Shown here in pieces: positions 21,800-34,240 of a stretch of 64,000 bases of DNA. Within the stretch, counting starts at the first letter, position 1. Every line of letters starts with the position of its first letter. Origin of the DNA: Felis catus. Lineage: Eukaryota. Under the pieces are notes generated by a model. That model did no database searches. It was not told where the DNA came from and saw only the letters and a list, made by a program, of their open reading frames with translations. Position numbers and translations under genes: made by a program. Location of the stretch: the NCBI RefSeq assembly GCF_018350175.1, contig NC_058377.1, positions 19,158,001 through 19,222,000 of the forward strand, read 5' to 3'.

Positions 21800-22620
21800 A
21801 GGGCAAGAGATAACAAGTGTGGCCAGGACGTGGACGAAAAGGAACCTTCGTGCGCCAGTGGCGGGAATGTAAATTGGTGCAGCCACTGTGGAAAACGGTA
21901 TGGAATTTTCTCAAAATTGCAAATAGAATGACCATGTGATCAGTAATTCCAGTACTGGGTATTTACCCAGGAAAAAAAAAAACCCAAAAATACGAATTTG
22001 AAAAGATCCATACAGCCCTATGTTTATTGCAGCATGATTTACAATAGCCAAGATGGGGAAGCAAGCCCAAGTGTCCATCGATAGATGAACGGGTAAATCA
22101 GGTGTGATACACACACAATGGAATATTATTCAGTCATAAAGAAGAATGAGATCGTGCCCTTCGTGACAACATGGATGAACCCAAAGGGTGTTATGCCAAG
22201 CAACAGAAGTCAGAGAAAGACGAATGTATTTCACTTCTGTGTGGAATCTAAAAAACAAAGCAAGTGAACAAGCCAACAAACCAGAAACGGACCATAAGTA
22301 CAGAGAACAGACACACTTGCCAGAGGGGAGAGGGTGGGGGGGGGGATGGGCAGAATGGGGTAATGGGAGAGGGCAATCCAGGCTTCCGGTAATGGAATGC
22401 ATACGTCACGGGGACGAAAGGCACGGCACAGGGAATACAGTCAATGGTATCGTAAGAGCTTTGTGTGGTGACAGATGGTGGCGACACTGTGGCGAGCAGA
22501 GCATAACATATAGGCTTGTCGGATCACTATGTTGTACATCTGAAACGAATTGTGTGTCAACTCTACTCCAATTCCAAAAAGAGAAAGAAAAAAAAAAAAA
22601 ACAACGAAAAACAAAGACCA
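21800..22620 (+). mobile_element. 5'-truncated L1 (carnivore L1_Carn/L1MA9-like), ORF2 end plus 3' UTR plus A-tail
   Basis: GGAATGTAAATTGGTGCAGCCACTGTGGAAAAC; G-rich 3' UTR tract; ATCACTATGTTGTACA.CTGAAAC; A-rich tail. Confidence 0.92.
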
Positions 22621-22639
22621 AAAACACAGTTGGCATGAA

Positions 22640-22900
22640 GGAAGAGCCCTAGAGTAGACCTCCCCAGGCTGTGGTTGTCGAGGTCTGAACTTGGACTCCG
22701 AGATCTGTTGTTCAGCTCTATCATCTGCTGGCTTTTTGGGTCCGTGGGCTACAAACGGAATCTCCCTGAGCCTCAATGTCCTAGACTATGGTATTGAACT
22801 AACTGTACCTTCCTCCTTGGGCCGTTCTCAGATTTGCCCGTGACGATGCAGGGACAATTGTGTAGCAGGCATTAGGCAGTCAGTAAAACGTGGCTGTGTT
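22640..22900 (+). mobile_element. MIR SINE (degenerate)
   Basis: CTCCCTGAGCCTCAATGTCC core; 3' AGGCAGTCAGTAAA. Confidence 0.6.
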
Positions 22901-23329
22901 TTCCCAATTCCATCTTGGGCCGGCCCCGAGCCGGAGTCCTAGCTTTCTGGGAAGCTCCCCCAGGCAACGCGCCATCACAAGTTTAAATTTTTCATAGGCG
23001 GCCATCTTTTTTTATTTGTTTAAATGATAAAGAAAACGTTTTCAAAAGAATTGTAGTGATGTGTTTATTCGGTCCTCAGATGTTGTTCAGGATCCTACAT
23101 ATAGCAAGCATGGTGGGATCAGACACGGAATTAGGAGACACTGCCTGCCCTTGAGAAACACGAATCTTTACTACTTTCCTGAAACATTACAAGGATTTAT
23201 ATTTTCATTCGTCTTCTTTGATACATAGCTCTACGTACGCATGATCATAGGGAGTATACATTTTTGTGTTCCAGCTGTTTGCTTATCATTATTTTCTGCA
23301 CACTTTTCCTTTACCTGTGCGGTAAATGT

Positions 23330-23730
23330 CATGTTTCAGCCTCAGGGACTTTGCACTATCACTTCCCTCGTATATTTTCGTGGCTTACTCCTTAACTTTC
23401 CTCAGGTCGCTAATCAAATGTTGCTTCATCGGAGAGGCTTCCCGGATCTTTTATCGAAAATAACCCCTCCCCTCATGCTTCGCTTGTCTTTTCTCTTCCC
23501 TTTTCCAGGAAAATTGACTCTTAGGTTGATCATTACCTGTCATTGTCTCGTAGGTTTGTATTCTTATTTGTGTGTCATCTGTTTTCTCCATATTCACCCC
23601 ACTGCCCTGGATGCTACACTGTAACCCGCACGAGGGTCAAGACTTTATCTGGTTCTCTGATGTATCCCTCAGACCTAGAATGTGCTCCACAGAAGTGCCG
23701 TGTTTAACGTTTCTAGTGACTATGAAATAA
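23330..23730 (+). mobile_element. L2a-like 3' fragment
   Basis: GCCTCAGGGACTTTGCACT; CAAATGT..CTTC.TC.GAGAGGCTTCCC; GATGTATCCC.CAG.CCTAGAA. Confidence 0.8.
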
Positions 23731-25478
23731 ATCACATGGTCTTCCTTGTGTTTCCGGAGCCACGAGACATTTGCTGATGAACCTCACCCAGCTCTGTTTG
23801 CTTTACACTTCCCCCAGCATGCAGTCAACATATGGACAAATTCTGTTTCTACATATTTTGGTAAGGACTGCTCTGTCTTCCCATACCCTGCCCCCTCCCG
23901 AAAGCCCCCCGTTCTGCCGCTCTCTGAGTATGTCCCCCCTCTGTCCCCGAGAGCAGGGGCACCTGTTCCACGGCACCTCCTTGAGGGTACACACTGTTTC
24001 TCTCCGTCTAAATTTCCATTTTCGAGCTGCCGATGCAAAGGACCTAAAACCCGTTTTGCCCACTGGCCTGTGCTTACAGTGTTCCCAGATTCCTCACTAA
24101 TGGCTATAAATGTGCAAAGGAAGGAAAAGTGAAAAGTTTAATGTGCAATGAATCAAAATTGACCTGGCCTCTCTTGGTGTCCTTTCCCGACCCCCACCTG
24201 AGACCTACCCACCTCGCTATCATTATCTCTCATTAGGAATGACTCAGGAAGCACGAGGTAAGCAGTTCTAGGATGCCGATCGGATTTGTGGGGCTGTGTG
24301 AATAACAAGCCACATCCCCCCCCCCCCCCCGACTGGCTGTGTAGCAGGACCTTTCCGGAGAAGTGTTTAGAGGTTAGCAAGAAAGCAATTAACACCAGGA
24401 TCGCACATCCGCAACATTCGTCCCTTTTCCGATGGCTAGCACGGCAGACTCTGAAACGTATACCTCGGTACTGAATTCAATCAGGATTTTTAGCTTTTTA
24501 GCTTTAAGAGTTCATTTTTGTTTGTTTGTTTGTTTACATAATTCCAGCGTCTCCTACTACTGCATGGGAGTGACTGGAAAGCAGTCACGGTTATGGGTTC
24601 CATCCTTCTCCTTCTGGGAATTTTCCGTGTATAAGGAAGCATACGTGTACTCTATCCTCTCTTCCCTCTGCAAATGGTAGCATGCACACAATCCCACACA
24701 TCCCTCTTTGCTCTACAATTTATCTTGCAGCTCTCTCTTTCATGTACGCATGGAGATGACCCCACTTTAAAACCACTACCTAGCTTTCGATTCAAAGGAT
24801 GTATATCCTATTTTATTTTAGCCAGCCCCTACCAAGGGACATTTAATTTTCTCCCATTGTTTTTGCAATTACAAACAATGTAATAAATCATTCCCCGTAT
24901 GTGCAAGTGTATCACCAGGAACAATTCATAGAGGTGGGATTTCTAGGTCAAGGGATGCGGGCTCTTCACGTTTTGATAGATCATCACAGATGCCCCTCTG
25001 TAAACAATATGACAGCACACGCTCCCATACAACTCGGGCAACAACACAGGAGAGGGACCCCTTCACGTCCTCACCAACCTTTTCCTCTTTGGCGAACATA
25101 GTATTTCATGGTTTCTACTTGCGTTTCTTCTATATTTAAACACTATTTCTATTTCTGTTGATCGTCAGTTCATGACTTTAGCCTGTTATTTTAGTGTTCC
25201 GGGTTATTGGTCATATGACTTTTAATAAGGGACTCTGGATTAAAGACATCGGCTCTTTGGAATATAGGGATATATTCCTCAATTTTGTGAATCTGTACAT
25301 TTCATTTATATGTCACTTACCATGCCCGAAGGTGTAGTTAAAGGTATCACTCCTCGGTTCGGAGATTATTTCAAAGTCTTAGGTACGTTAGCTTCTTCCC
25401 TTCCATTCCATTCCCTTCTCTTCCATTACATTTTCTTTAAACTTTTTTAAATTATGAGGCTATATTTAAAAAGGCATA

Positions 25479-25696
25479 GGAGTGCCAGGGTGGCTCAGCT
25501 GGTTGAGTGTCTGACTCTTGATTTTGGCTCAGGTCATGATCTCATGGCTCGTGAGACTGAGCACCGCATCGGGCTCCACGCTGAGGCCCTGAAGCCCGCT
25601 TAGGGTTCTCTCTCTCCCTCTCTCTCTCTGCCCTCCCCCTGCTCACATGCATACTCCCTCTCTCTCAAAATAAATGAATAAACTTTAAAAAATAAA
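25479..25696 (+). mobile_element. Can-SINE (older subfamily)
   Basis: TSD TAAAA(A/G)GGCATA at 25467-25478 and 25697-25708. Confidence 0.95.
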
Positions 25697-26231
25697 TAAA
25701 AGGGCATAAACAATAATAAAACAATTGCCCCTGTGACCACCACTTCATTTAAGAAGTAAAACATTACTAATAAGGTTGAAACCCGATACATGTCTCCCTA
25801 CCACCTGCTTCTCATCCCTTCTCGAAGAAACCGTTATCTGTATTTGGTGTGCATCATTCCTAGGCATTCTTGACTTTTTCCACATAGGTATGTATTCTGA
25901 AACAACACATGGAATTGTTTTGTATGTTTTTAAACTTTACATAAATGTATTCTGCAGCCTGTTTTTGTCGCTCAATATATTTGTGAGAATTCATCCATAT
26001 TGATAAGTATAATTCTAGTTCATTCATTATGTTGAGTGAGCAGTTCACAATTTATTTACCCATTCTTCTGGAAACGTACGTTTAGGGTGTGCTTTTGCTT
26101 TTTCTTTATTTCCTATTTAAGACTGTGACATTCTTGTTCAGATCTTGTACACAAGGGAGTTCCTCTGGGAGTGGAAATGAAGGGCTTTTGGGTAATTTGC
26201 CATCACACTTACCAGAGAGCATCAAATAGGT

Positions 26232-26465
26232 TTTTTTTGAAGTTTTTTTTTTAATGTTTATTTATGTTTGAAAGAAAGAGAGAGAGAGAGAGAGGGCATG
26301 TGAGCGTGAGAGCAAGGAGGGGCAGACAGAGACACAGAATCCAAAGCAGGCTCCAGTCTCTGGCTGTCAGCACAGAGCCCGATGTGGGGCTCGGACCCAC
26401 GAACTGTGAGATCATGACCTGAGCTGAAGTCAGAGGCTTAACCAACTGAGCCACCCAGGTGCCCC
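26232..26465 (-). mobile_element. Can-SINE
   Basis: Reverse SINE; TSD-like AGC(A/T)TCAAATAG. Confidence 0.95.
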
Positions 26466-26752
26466 TAGCTTCAAATAGTTTTGAAGGTGATATACCCCCA
26501 CAAGCTATGTTTAAGAGCTTCCTATGTCCCACATCGTGGTGTTCACTTGATATTGTGGAACTTTAATCTGAACGGGTATGAATGAGTATCACGTCTAATT
26601 TGAATTTCCCTAATTATTAGCAAGTTTAAGCATTTTTTATTTGCTTATTAACCCTCTAGGTTTCCTTTAATTGATGAATTGAGTGCTCATATCCTTTGTA
26701 CATTTTTCAATTTCTTTTGAAGTCCATTACATTTTTAAAGTATTTTGTTAAG

Positions 26753-26964
26753 GGGGCACCTGGGTGGCTCAGTCGGTTAAGCATCTGACTTTGGCTCAGG
26801 TCATGATCTCACAGTTTGTGTGTGGGTTTGAGCCCCATGTGCTGACAGCTCGCAGCGTGGAGCCTGCTTTGGATTCTATGTCTCCCCCTCTCTCTGCCCC
26901 TCCTTTGTTTGTGCTCTGTCTCTCTCCCTCTCAAAACTATATAAAACATTAAAAAAATTTTTTT
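26753..26964 (+). mobile_element. Can-SINE
   Basis: TSD AAGTATTTTGTTA at 26738-26750 and 26965-26977. Confidence 0.95.
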
Positions 26965-27049
26965 AAGTATTTTGTTAGGAAAGTTACAATGTGTTGATTT
27001 CTATTTATGAATTATGTATCACACGCCATGGTGGTATAGGGTGGGACAC

Positions 27050-27405
27050 CATGATGGTATTATCTTCAATATCTTTCCTTCCAAGAGGTAGAGCTTAGTT
27101 TCCCTTCCCTTGAGTGTATATAGACTTAGTGTCCCGCCTTTCGTGCAGAAGTGATGCTATGCCACTTCATAAATTAAGTCATCAAAGGCACTGCGGTTTT
27201 CTGCTTGCTTACACTTCCTCTTACAACCAGTTGCTATGACGCCATGATGTTCAGGCAAACTCTGTAGAGAGGCCCACGTGGCAAGACACAGAGGCCGACA
27301 GTGAGAAACTGAAACCTGTTGCCAACAGCCATGTGAAGGAGTCATCTTGGAGGTGAATCCTCCGGCCTCTGTCAAGCCTTCGGATGCTTGTGGCCCTTGG
27401 ACTCT
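27050..27405 (+). mobile_element. MaLR LTR (MLT1E/F-like)
   Basis: CCAAGAGGTAGAGCTTA.TTCCCTTCCCTTGAGTGT; GAGAGGCCCACGTGGCAAG; GCCAACAGCCATGTGA. Confidence 0.8.
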
Positions 27406-27899
27406 TCAATTAATTACCATCTTTTCTTCCGTCTTATCCACAACCTTCTTTACCTCTCCTCAAGGAGAAACAATTGGAAACCAGCCAAGCGTTAATGTGT
27501 CTCCCCCAAACAACAAAAATTCTAGCAATGATAATAGTAAGAACGGGTAGCCTTCACCGAGCAGTTAGTATGTGTTGTTTCTATGTGCTTTACATGGATT
27601 ACCTCAGTTAATCCTCACTGCCATCCATCCGGGTTCTATAATGGATTCCTTATCACAATCAGTATGGAAGCAAAATGTGTTCATACTTTTCCCAGAGTAC
27701 ATTCAAAGAACCAGAGCAAAGAACACTAGCAATTTGTCAGTCATGGGGAACGGCAGATGTTTTAAATAACCATTTCACAAGTTTGCTCTTGATTTTCTTC
27801 AAACTCCCTTCAGTGAATACAATTGTATTGATTCATATTCAGAAGATCTTGTAGACTTAACATTATTTTACCTACTAATTTTGAATCATTTTAAAGACA

Positions 27900-28265
27900 G
27901 TAAATTAGAATACATTATGCTAGCTGCTATAACAAACATCCTTCTAAGTCCCGATGGTTTAAAAAAAAAAAAAAGAAAAGAAGAGGAGGAAGCTTATCTT
28001 TGCTCATGTTAATTTAAATCAGATGGACACATGCTCCTTTTTCTTAAGGCTCCGCCCTTGAGTCATTTCCAGTTAGTATCTCCATTCAATACAGAAAATA
28101 GAGGGTGTGGAGGGAATTGATGGGACAAGTTCAGAAAGGGTAGGCCCACATTTCACTGGCCAGAATTCAGTCTCAGAGCCCCAGATACCTTTAAGGAAAT
28201 TGAGAAATGTAGCTGATAGCTCTGTGCCTAGAAAGACAAGGAAATGTGTTCTGTGAACCCTAGGC
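27900..28265 (-). mobile_element. Old MaLR LTR (MLT1K/L-like)
   Basis: TAGCTGCTATAACAAAC...; CATTTCACTGGCCAGAATTCAGTC; GAGAAATGTAG. Confidence 0.65.
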
Positions 28266-28397
28266 TCATCTAGGCAGTTTGAGATCCCACCAATTTCTTA
28301 ATTGGAATGCGTAAAATAAGAGTCTCTTCTGATTTTATTGTCTCTTTTCCATTCAAGATCTTTCATAGCATGACCACCAAGAGGCTTCCTGTTTTTT

Positions 28398-28622
28398 AAT
28401 TTTTTTTTTAATTTTTTTTTAAAGTTTATTTATTTTTGAGACAGAGAGAGACAGAGCATGAAGGGGGGAGGGGCAGAGAGAGAAGGAGACACAGAATCGG
28501 AAGCAGGCTCCAGGCTCTGAGCCATCAGCCCAGAGCCCGACGCGGGGCTCGAACCCACGGACCGCGAGATCGTGACCTGAGCTGAAGTCGGATGCCCAAC
28601 CGATTGCCCCACCCAGGTGCCC
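28398..28622 (-). mobile_element. Young Can-SINE with 8 extra nt at its 5' junction
   Basis: TSD AGGCTTCCTGTTTTTT at 28382-28397 and 28631-28646; extra TAAAAAAC at 28623-28630. Confidence 0.96.
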
Positions 28623-28671
28623 TAAAAAACAGGCTTCCTGTTTTTTAAATTGAAGTCTTCTTTTCAGTGCT

Positions 28672-28785
28672 TGTGGTGATTTTAAAGATTTATGTCTATA
28701 CCTTCTTTGGTATACCTTCTTTCCAAACTTTCCCTCAAGAGGTGGTGTTTAATTCGCCTTCCCCTGAGTGTAGGCTGTGCTTAAA
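28672..28785 (+). mobile_element. MLT1E/F-like LTR 5' fragment
   Basis: TGTGGTGATTTTAAA start; TCAAGAGGTGG.GTTTAATTC.CCTTCCCCTGAGTGTAGGCTG. Confidence 0.65.
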
Positions 28786-30499
28786 GAGTGGTGAAGATTT
28801 TCATCTTTGAGTAGATAATTCTCTGCGATTAGGGACATCATTCTCTTCTACTTGGTTATACCTGTGTCTCCCCTGACTTCATAGATCCCAATACATTCAT
28901 CCTTCTAAAATAAGAAGAATCACAGAGATGACAAAATCCATGCTGATTTTAGTCCTTGGGTAATGGAGGGAACTGCCATTTTTTCACATCATGTTCCTTT
29001 AATAAGCATTTTGTATCAAAGGACACATTAGGCTTCATATCAGCCATGTGATGCCCATATTTATTGCACCTGTGAGGTGGGGTAGACAGAATTTGACCAC
29101 AAGTCCATGACTCCAAATTTCATGCCCTATCATGAAATCTAGAGATTGATGAGCATACATCTCCCTTTCCTTCAAGGGACAGAAGCTGTTATATACTGTA
29201 TACCAGAAAAGAAAAAAGAATCATTCCAGTTAAAACTCAAATAGTTACATCTGTGTGTCAGAGCAGAAACTTCTGCAAACCCACTGATGGAAGCCTGGCA
29301 GGGACTGAACAACTTGGACTTGGTATTTTTTTTTAACACCTGCATAATTGCCTTCTAAATTTTTACTTAGAAGTCTCTTAGAAATTCTGCCTTAAAAAAG
29401 ATCTCAAAGATTATGAGCTATATCCTCTTTAGTTTTTAGATACATTTATTACTTACCCAAACTTCTGTAACTGAAAAGTCACGTATTTCTTCTTTAGCTC
29501 AACTAGACGTGAGCTATTCTTTTGAAAGGTGAGCTGAGAACCAGACTTGGGCTGTAAAGAGGGTCATGTGGGGCTTGTAGAAGTGCGGGATGCATTTCTT
29601 AAAGTCTTACTTTCAAAATGACTGTGTCCAAATACTTACAGAATACCAATGTGCTCAATGCACATTCTCAATTTCCATTAGCATCAGGAAGGCATGTGAT
29701 CACCTGGTCAACAGGAGAGTATTTCACCAGGAGGTGTGCCGAGAGCCATATAAAGTCAGCTCAGTACAGCTCATCGACTCTTGAAGCGGAGCGAGGGCAC
29801 ACCCCGCGTGCTTGGAGACGGGGCCTCGATTCGGTCTGACTCTACACTTGCTCATCAGCTCTAAATACTCGTTTGCATGCAGAACACATTTAGAATGATT
29901 TTAAGCTGAGAATAAAAGGAACCAATGCATATTTAATAAAGTTCAAGAGCACTAAATATATTGGTATTGATCTTTGAAGAAAACACCTATTGACTCAGAT
30001 TTCCGGTCCCTTGAATTGTATTGTCTGCCAACTCCAGCAAGTCTCCTTGCCCTACAAAAAGACCAGCTCCAACATATTCGGCTTAAATTCTTCCATGAGC
30101 ATGCTGGTGAAGTCACTGTATGGTAGAGAAGGCCAAAGGAGAGAAAGGGATAAAGACTGTCTTCTATCTTGCGTGGAGCTTTCGGACCCGGGAAGCAACA
30201 ATCTCCAGCCTCTGTACTTGACCAGGGACTGTGCCTACAGGGGGTCTTCTGTGCTCAGGGCTTGTGCTGGAGGCATCGGAAACTCTGCCCTGCACATAAG
30301 CCAGCTGGGCCCAGGCACAAACCCACTAGCCAGAGAGGTGAGCTGTGAATGTACATCCCCTGTGGTCTTCAGCAATTGTCCGATAGTTTTGGTACTACTA
30401 TAATAATAGTCCCAATTCACTTTATTTGTTTCTAATTTGCTCAGGTTTTGATGCATTTCTGCCAGGCTCAGAATGCCTCCTCTGACAAAGTTTGGCTTT

Positions 30500-30935
30500 T
30501 GTGGCCGCCATATTGATGAGCCTTCAAGAGATCTGCAGTGAGAAGTGTGTCTGACGACCTCCAGCTGCTGCACCTTTGGATCCTCTATACTGTTGGTGCC
30601 AAGGCCACAGTCTCTACAGGGAGGGCAATAGTGCTGGACTGTTCCTTCCCAGTGCAGTTCTTTCCTAACAAACTTGTGCTCAGGGCTCCCCATCAGCCTG
30701 GCTGAGACCTTCTCCGTGCTGGGCTGCCACCTGAGGTCTTCCTCTCTACCCTTCCTTTCTGCTCTTTTTCCTTTACAAGTGTCAGACCAGCATAGCCATC
30801 TGAAGACCAGCCCCCTGCCTCCCCATGCACTTGTGCTCTCCATCCCTTACCCTAGACGAGTATTTCCTCCAATCAATTTCTTGCATATTTACTTTCGTCC
30901 TGGTGTCCGCTTCTTGGAAAGCCAACACTGGTACA
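30500..30935 (+). mobile_element. ERVL solo LTR (LTR16-like)
   Basis: TGTGGCCGCCAT start; CCTCCAGCTGCTGCACCTTTGGATCC; CCAATCAATTTCTTGCA...GTCCGCTTCTTGGA; ends CA. Confidence 0.8.
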
Positions 30936-31522
30936 AGTCCTTCTTCTGGTCCCTGCACTCAAGAGTTCTTGCTGGCTTTCTCAGACATTTGAGCCTTACC
31001 TCTGTCCAACCCACTTCCATTCAACCATCCCTGTGGCTAACCCTTTGGGAGATTTTCATTCCGGCTCCAGGCCTTCAGAGCTCCACATTTGACTGGCAAG
31101 CCAATCCACCCCTAGTAGGCACAAATAACAAATCCTGAAGGGATCAGGCATAACAGAAATTCTAGTAGCCTTCACTAATGCTAGTGCCACCAGGGTGGAC
31201 GTGCCGACCCACGGTCATTTGCCAATACCCTCATGGACAGTTGTGTTTCAGAATACATAATGTGTTGAATTTTAGAAAGGTGCTACGGTATGTAGACTGA
31301 ATACTATGGAATAAACCCAGGGAGTCTGTAGCAGCAAAAACAGTAATATTTCTGCAGCAAAATACACAAATATTCCCACTATATTAGAGAAACCAGAAAT
31401 AAGAACACTTTTTAAAAGACAAAAACAGAAGTAAAAAAGTAATTTCAGGTCCATTTAGGTTGGGTTTTGCAGAGAAATAAGTTATTTAATAATTTTTGAT
31501 GTTCAGAGATTTTTATATTTCT

Positions 31523-31752
31523 TTTTTTAAGTTTATTCTTATTTATTTTGAGACGGAGAGAGAGAGAGAGAGAGAAAACACAAGTGGGGGGAAGGGCAAA
31601 GAGAGAGAGCAAGAGAGAGAGAGAATCCCAAGCAGGCTCTGCACCATCAGTGCAGAGCCCCATGTGGGGTTCAAACTCACGAACCATGAGATCATGACCT
31701 GAGCAGAAATCAAGAGTCGGATTGCTTAACCGACTGAGTCACCCAGGCACCA
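31523..31752 (-). mobile_element. Can-SINE
   Basis: 19-bp perfect TSD CAGAGATTTTTATATTTCT at 31504-31522 and 31753-31771. Confidence 0.97.
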
Positions 31753-31779
31753 CAGAGATTTTTATATTTCTGAATAGTG

Positions 31780-31975
31780 ATACAATTCGCATTTATTGAG
31801 CACCTACTCAAGCATTGTACTGAGCCTGAGTACTCTACAGGCATTTTTAAAAGTTTTTACCTAAGTATGACAAATAGGCATTTTAGCTCCATTTTACAGG
31901 TGACACAATGGAATCTCAATTAACTTGTCCAAGGCCAAACAAATAGCAAGGGCCAAAGCTAAAATCGCTTGTCCA
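31780..31975 (-). mobile_element. MIR SINE
   Basis: CATTTATTGAGCACCTAC; CCATTTTACAGGTGA; TAACTTGTCCAAGGCCA. Confidence 0.8.
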
Positions 31976-32014
31976 CATAAATGTCATCCAGCCCTGACCA
32001 CACAGCCCGATGTG

Positions 32015-32200
32015 ACGGAATAAGCCTTGCCTGGAAGTCAGAAAGCCTGGAGCCAGATTGGTTCCGTTATCTGTAGTTTTTCCTCTTTGAGCCTATTTCC
32101 GAATATAAAAATTGGGGTCAGCAATGCTCAACTCACAGGATGGTTTTAATAAGGATCAAAGTATAAATTAGGTGTGGAAGCATTTTATGATCACACCGTG
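32015..32200 (+). mobile_element. MIR SINE
   Basis: CTGGAAGTCAGAAAGCCTGG head; CTCACAGGATGGTT...AAGGATCAAA. Confidence 0.7.
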
Positions 32201-33189
32201 AAGTGCCAAAGAAGACGATACCATGATTGTGGTGATGATGATATAAGCCATTATTATTGCTTGTGCTTCAGAAAACTCTTCAGGCTATAAATAATTGCTC
32301 CCTTGGCAGAGAGGTGGGCAGATACTTCATCTTCCTTGAGGAGCTCTGCATTTGAGCGCCAAGGAAGGGTTGGAACATTGAGATGAAGTAGGAAATTGGG
32401 CCAATTTGCAATGGCTACACCACACCGTTTGAATTGAGGAAGGAAGAGCTGTCTGTTCTGCATGGTAATGGCTTCTCAAAAGATTCCATTTCCACGTTCA
32501 AGTAAATAATTACAGTTATACACACAGCGGGGAAGGCAGACTTTTGAGTCTTCCAATGTGAGTGGCTATGATCCCTGCAGGTGAAGTCATTGCCTCTGGA
32601 ACAGAATTGTTGACAGTTCCTAATCATTGGGCCTTTTCTTCAAAATTTTTGATTTCTGATTTCTCATTAACATCGCCACATTGTCCATTTCATTACTCTC
32701 TTTGTCTGGGCCAGTAAGGGGTGTCTGTTGAAGAAGGCAGGAAGATAAGAAATGGTTCCAGTTTGGGTACAGTGGGTAGCCTGGAACACAAGACAAGAGT
32801 CCTTGCTGGAGAGTGTAGAAAGCTCTTGCTAGGCTTTGAATTGAAAGGGAAGCTGTGTGATTCCATGGGTTCAGAGTGTGAGGCTGCAGTCAACATTTTT
32901 AATTTCAGATCAAACTAAAAAGATTTATAAGAGGCAGAGAATATTGAGGAAGGGGTGTTAAAAGATTGAAGTCAGTGCTGGGAGATTCCAAATCACATAT
33001 AAAGATACAGGCAGAGTCTAAATCTACAGACAGTGGGCATAGAGGGGTCCTACAGGGGTCCTGGGCGGGGACCTAACATAACTTACAAAAGGAGAAGAAA
33101 ATACAGGCGTTTTAATGGCGAACAGCAGCCTTCAGTCTTGAATAACTAGGAAGATTCATGTAACTCTGTATACCAACTTGCTGATGCTA

Positions 33190-33385
33190 AGCAAGGCAAG
33201 GAAGTCAGTCCCACCTAGTTTTCAAATTCATCTCTGTGATATTAAGTAACCCAACTATCAAAACTTGAATGTATTCCTCTAAAAAATGGGGATGATAATT
33301 CTATTCTGGAGGGTTAGTGTGAGATACATAAAACGGTTGAAGAGGTGCCCAGAACATGCACATGCTTTGTAAATGTTGATGATGA
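33190..33385 (+). mobile_element. MIR SINE
   Basis: CTCTAAAAAATGGGGATGATAAT core. Confidence 0.65.
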
Positions 33386-34029
33386 CTCATTTGCTGAGGA
33401 AAGAGACAGCCCCCCTCCAGACCTACTTGGCAAGTCCCCTGAAAGTAGGCTCTGTAGATAAGCACGTGGCCTCTGGAACACTAAATCCAGAACTGATCGA
33501 TTATTTTGTCTTACATCTGAAGACGATTTGTTTGGTTCAATTATTGGAAATAAACAAAACAAAAGCTTCGACTACGCATCAAGAATCCTCTCAAAACTAC
33601 ACAAGAAAAAGATGCTGTTGTCTTTTCACTATCTCCCTCTCCGCCTAAAGCCTTTAATCCAAAGGAATGACAAGAAGTAAAACACGTCTGAATCTCATCT
33701 GTTAGTTTCGCCTTGGGCCACATACAAGTGACTACATGTCAGATCAACACTTCTCCCACTCCATCCTTCACCATAGAATGCTCTGTTCAAGAGAATCACA
33801 AGAATCTTACCTCTGAGGAGGTGCTTTGAGATGAGAAGGGTTAGTCTCCCATCCCAGTAAAGTGCTCTATTGGGTAAAGGGGCTAGAAAGAAGAGGAGAC
33901 ACTCAGCAACAGAGAGGACAAGAGTGGGACTGCGTCCAGTACGTATTCAGTGTGAGCTACAATGAGCCAGCCACCTTTGTTCGAATGGTTCCGGTTGCCT
34001 TGAGCCTGCTAATACCCGCTCATATGGAC

Positions 34030-34240
34030 TGTTTGTTCTGTCACTCATTTGCTGTGACCTTGGAGGACCTCCTTTACTTCCATCTGAGTTTAGTTTCCTC
34101 ATCTGTAAAATGGAACATTGCTAAACATTTCATTGATTGTATGTATTTACTGTCATTGGGATTAAACGAGACATTATCAACAAAGCGACCAACATGGCGA
34201 CTGGCACAAAATATGTGTTTGTTATATGTTAGCTGCTAGA
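34030..34240 (+). mobile_element. MIR SINE
   Basis: GCTGTGACCTTGG...AGTTTCCTCATCTGTAAAATGG core. Confidence 0.85.

Larger units (their letters stand above)
24660..26730 (-). mobile_element. Old L1ME-type fragments (at least two), interrupted by SINEs
   Basis: Reverse L1 3' signatures such as TTTTTGCAATTACAAACAATG, TGAGAATTCATCCATATTG, AATTTCCCTAATTATTAG. Confidence 0.7.

Noticed and set aside
24221-24263. Possible 21-nt micro-exon (TAG|GAATGACTCAGGAAGCACGAG|GTAAGC)
   Set aside because: Weak pyrimidine tract and no supporting exons; such matches are frequent by chance.
27050-28785. Similarity between 27050-27130 and 28672-28785
   Set aside because: Both are MLT1E/F-like LTR 5' ends with ordinary divergence; no special duplication is needed.
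30235-30843. Longest ORF (202 aa, minus strand)
   Set aside because: It largely overlaps the antisense of an LTR16-like element, with no recognisable domain or splice context.
31780-32200. Second head-to-head MIR pair
   Set aside because: The copies share no extended identity beyond family resemblance, unlike the 19.1/21.5 kb pair.
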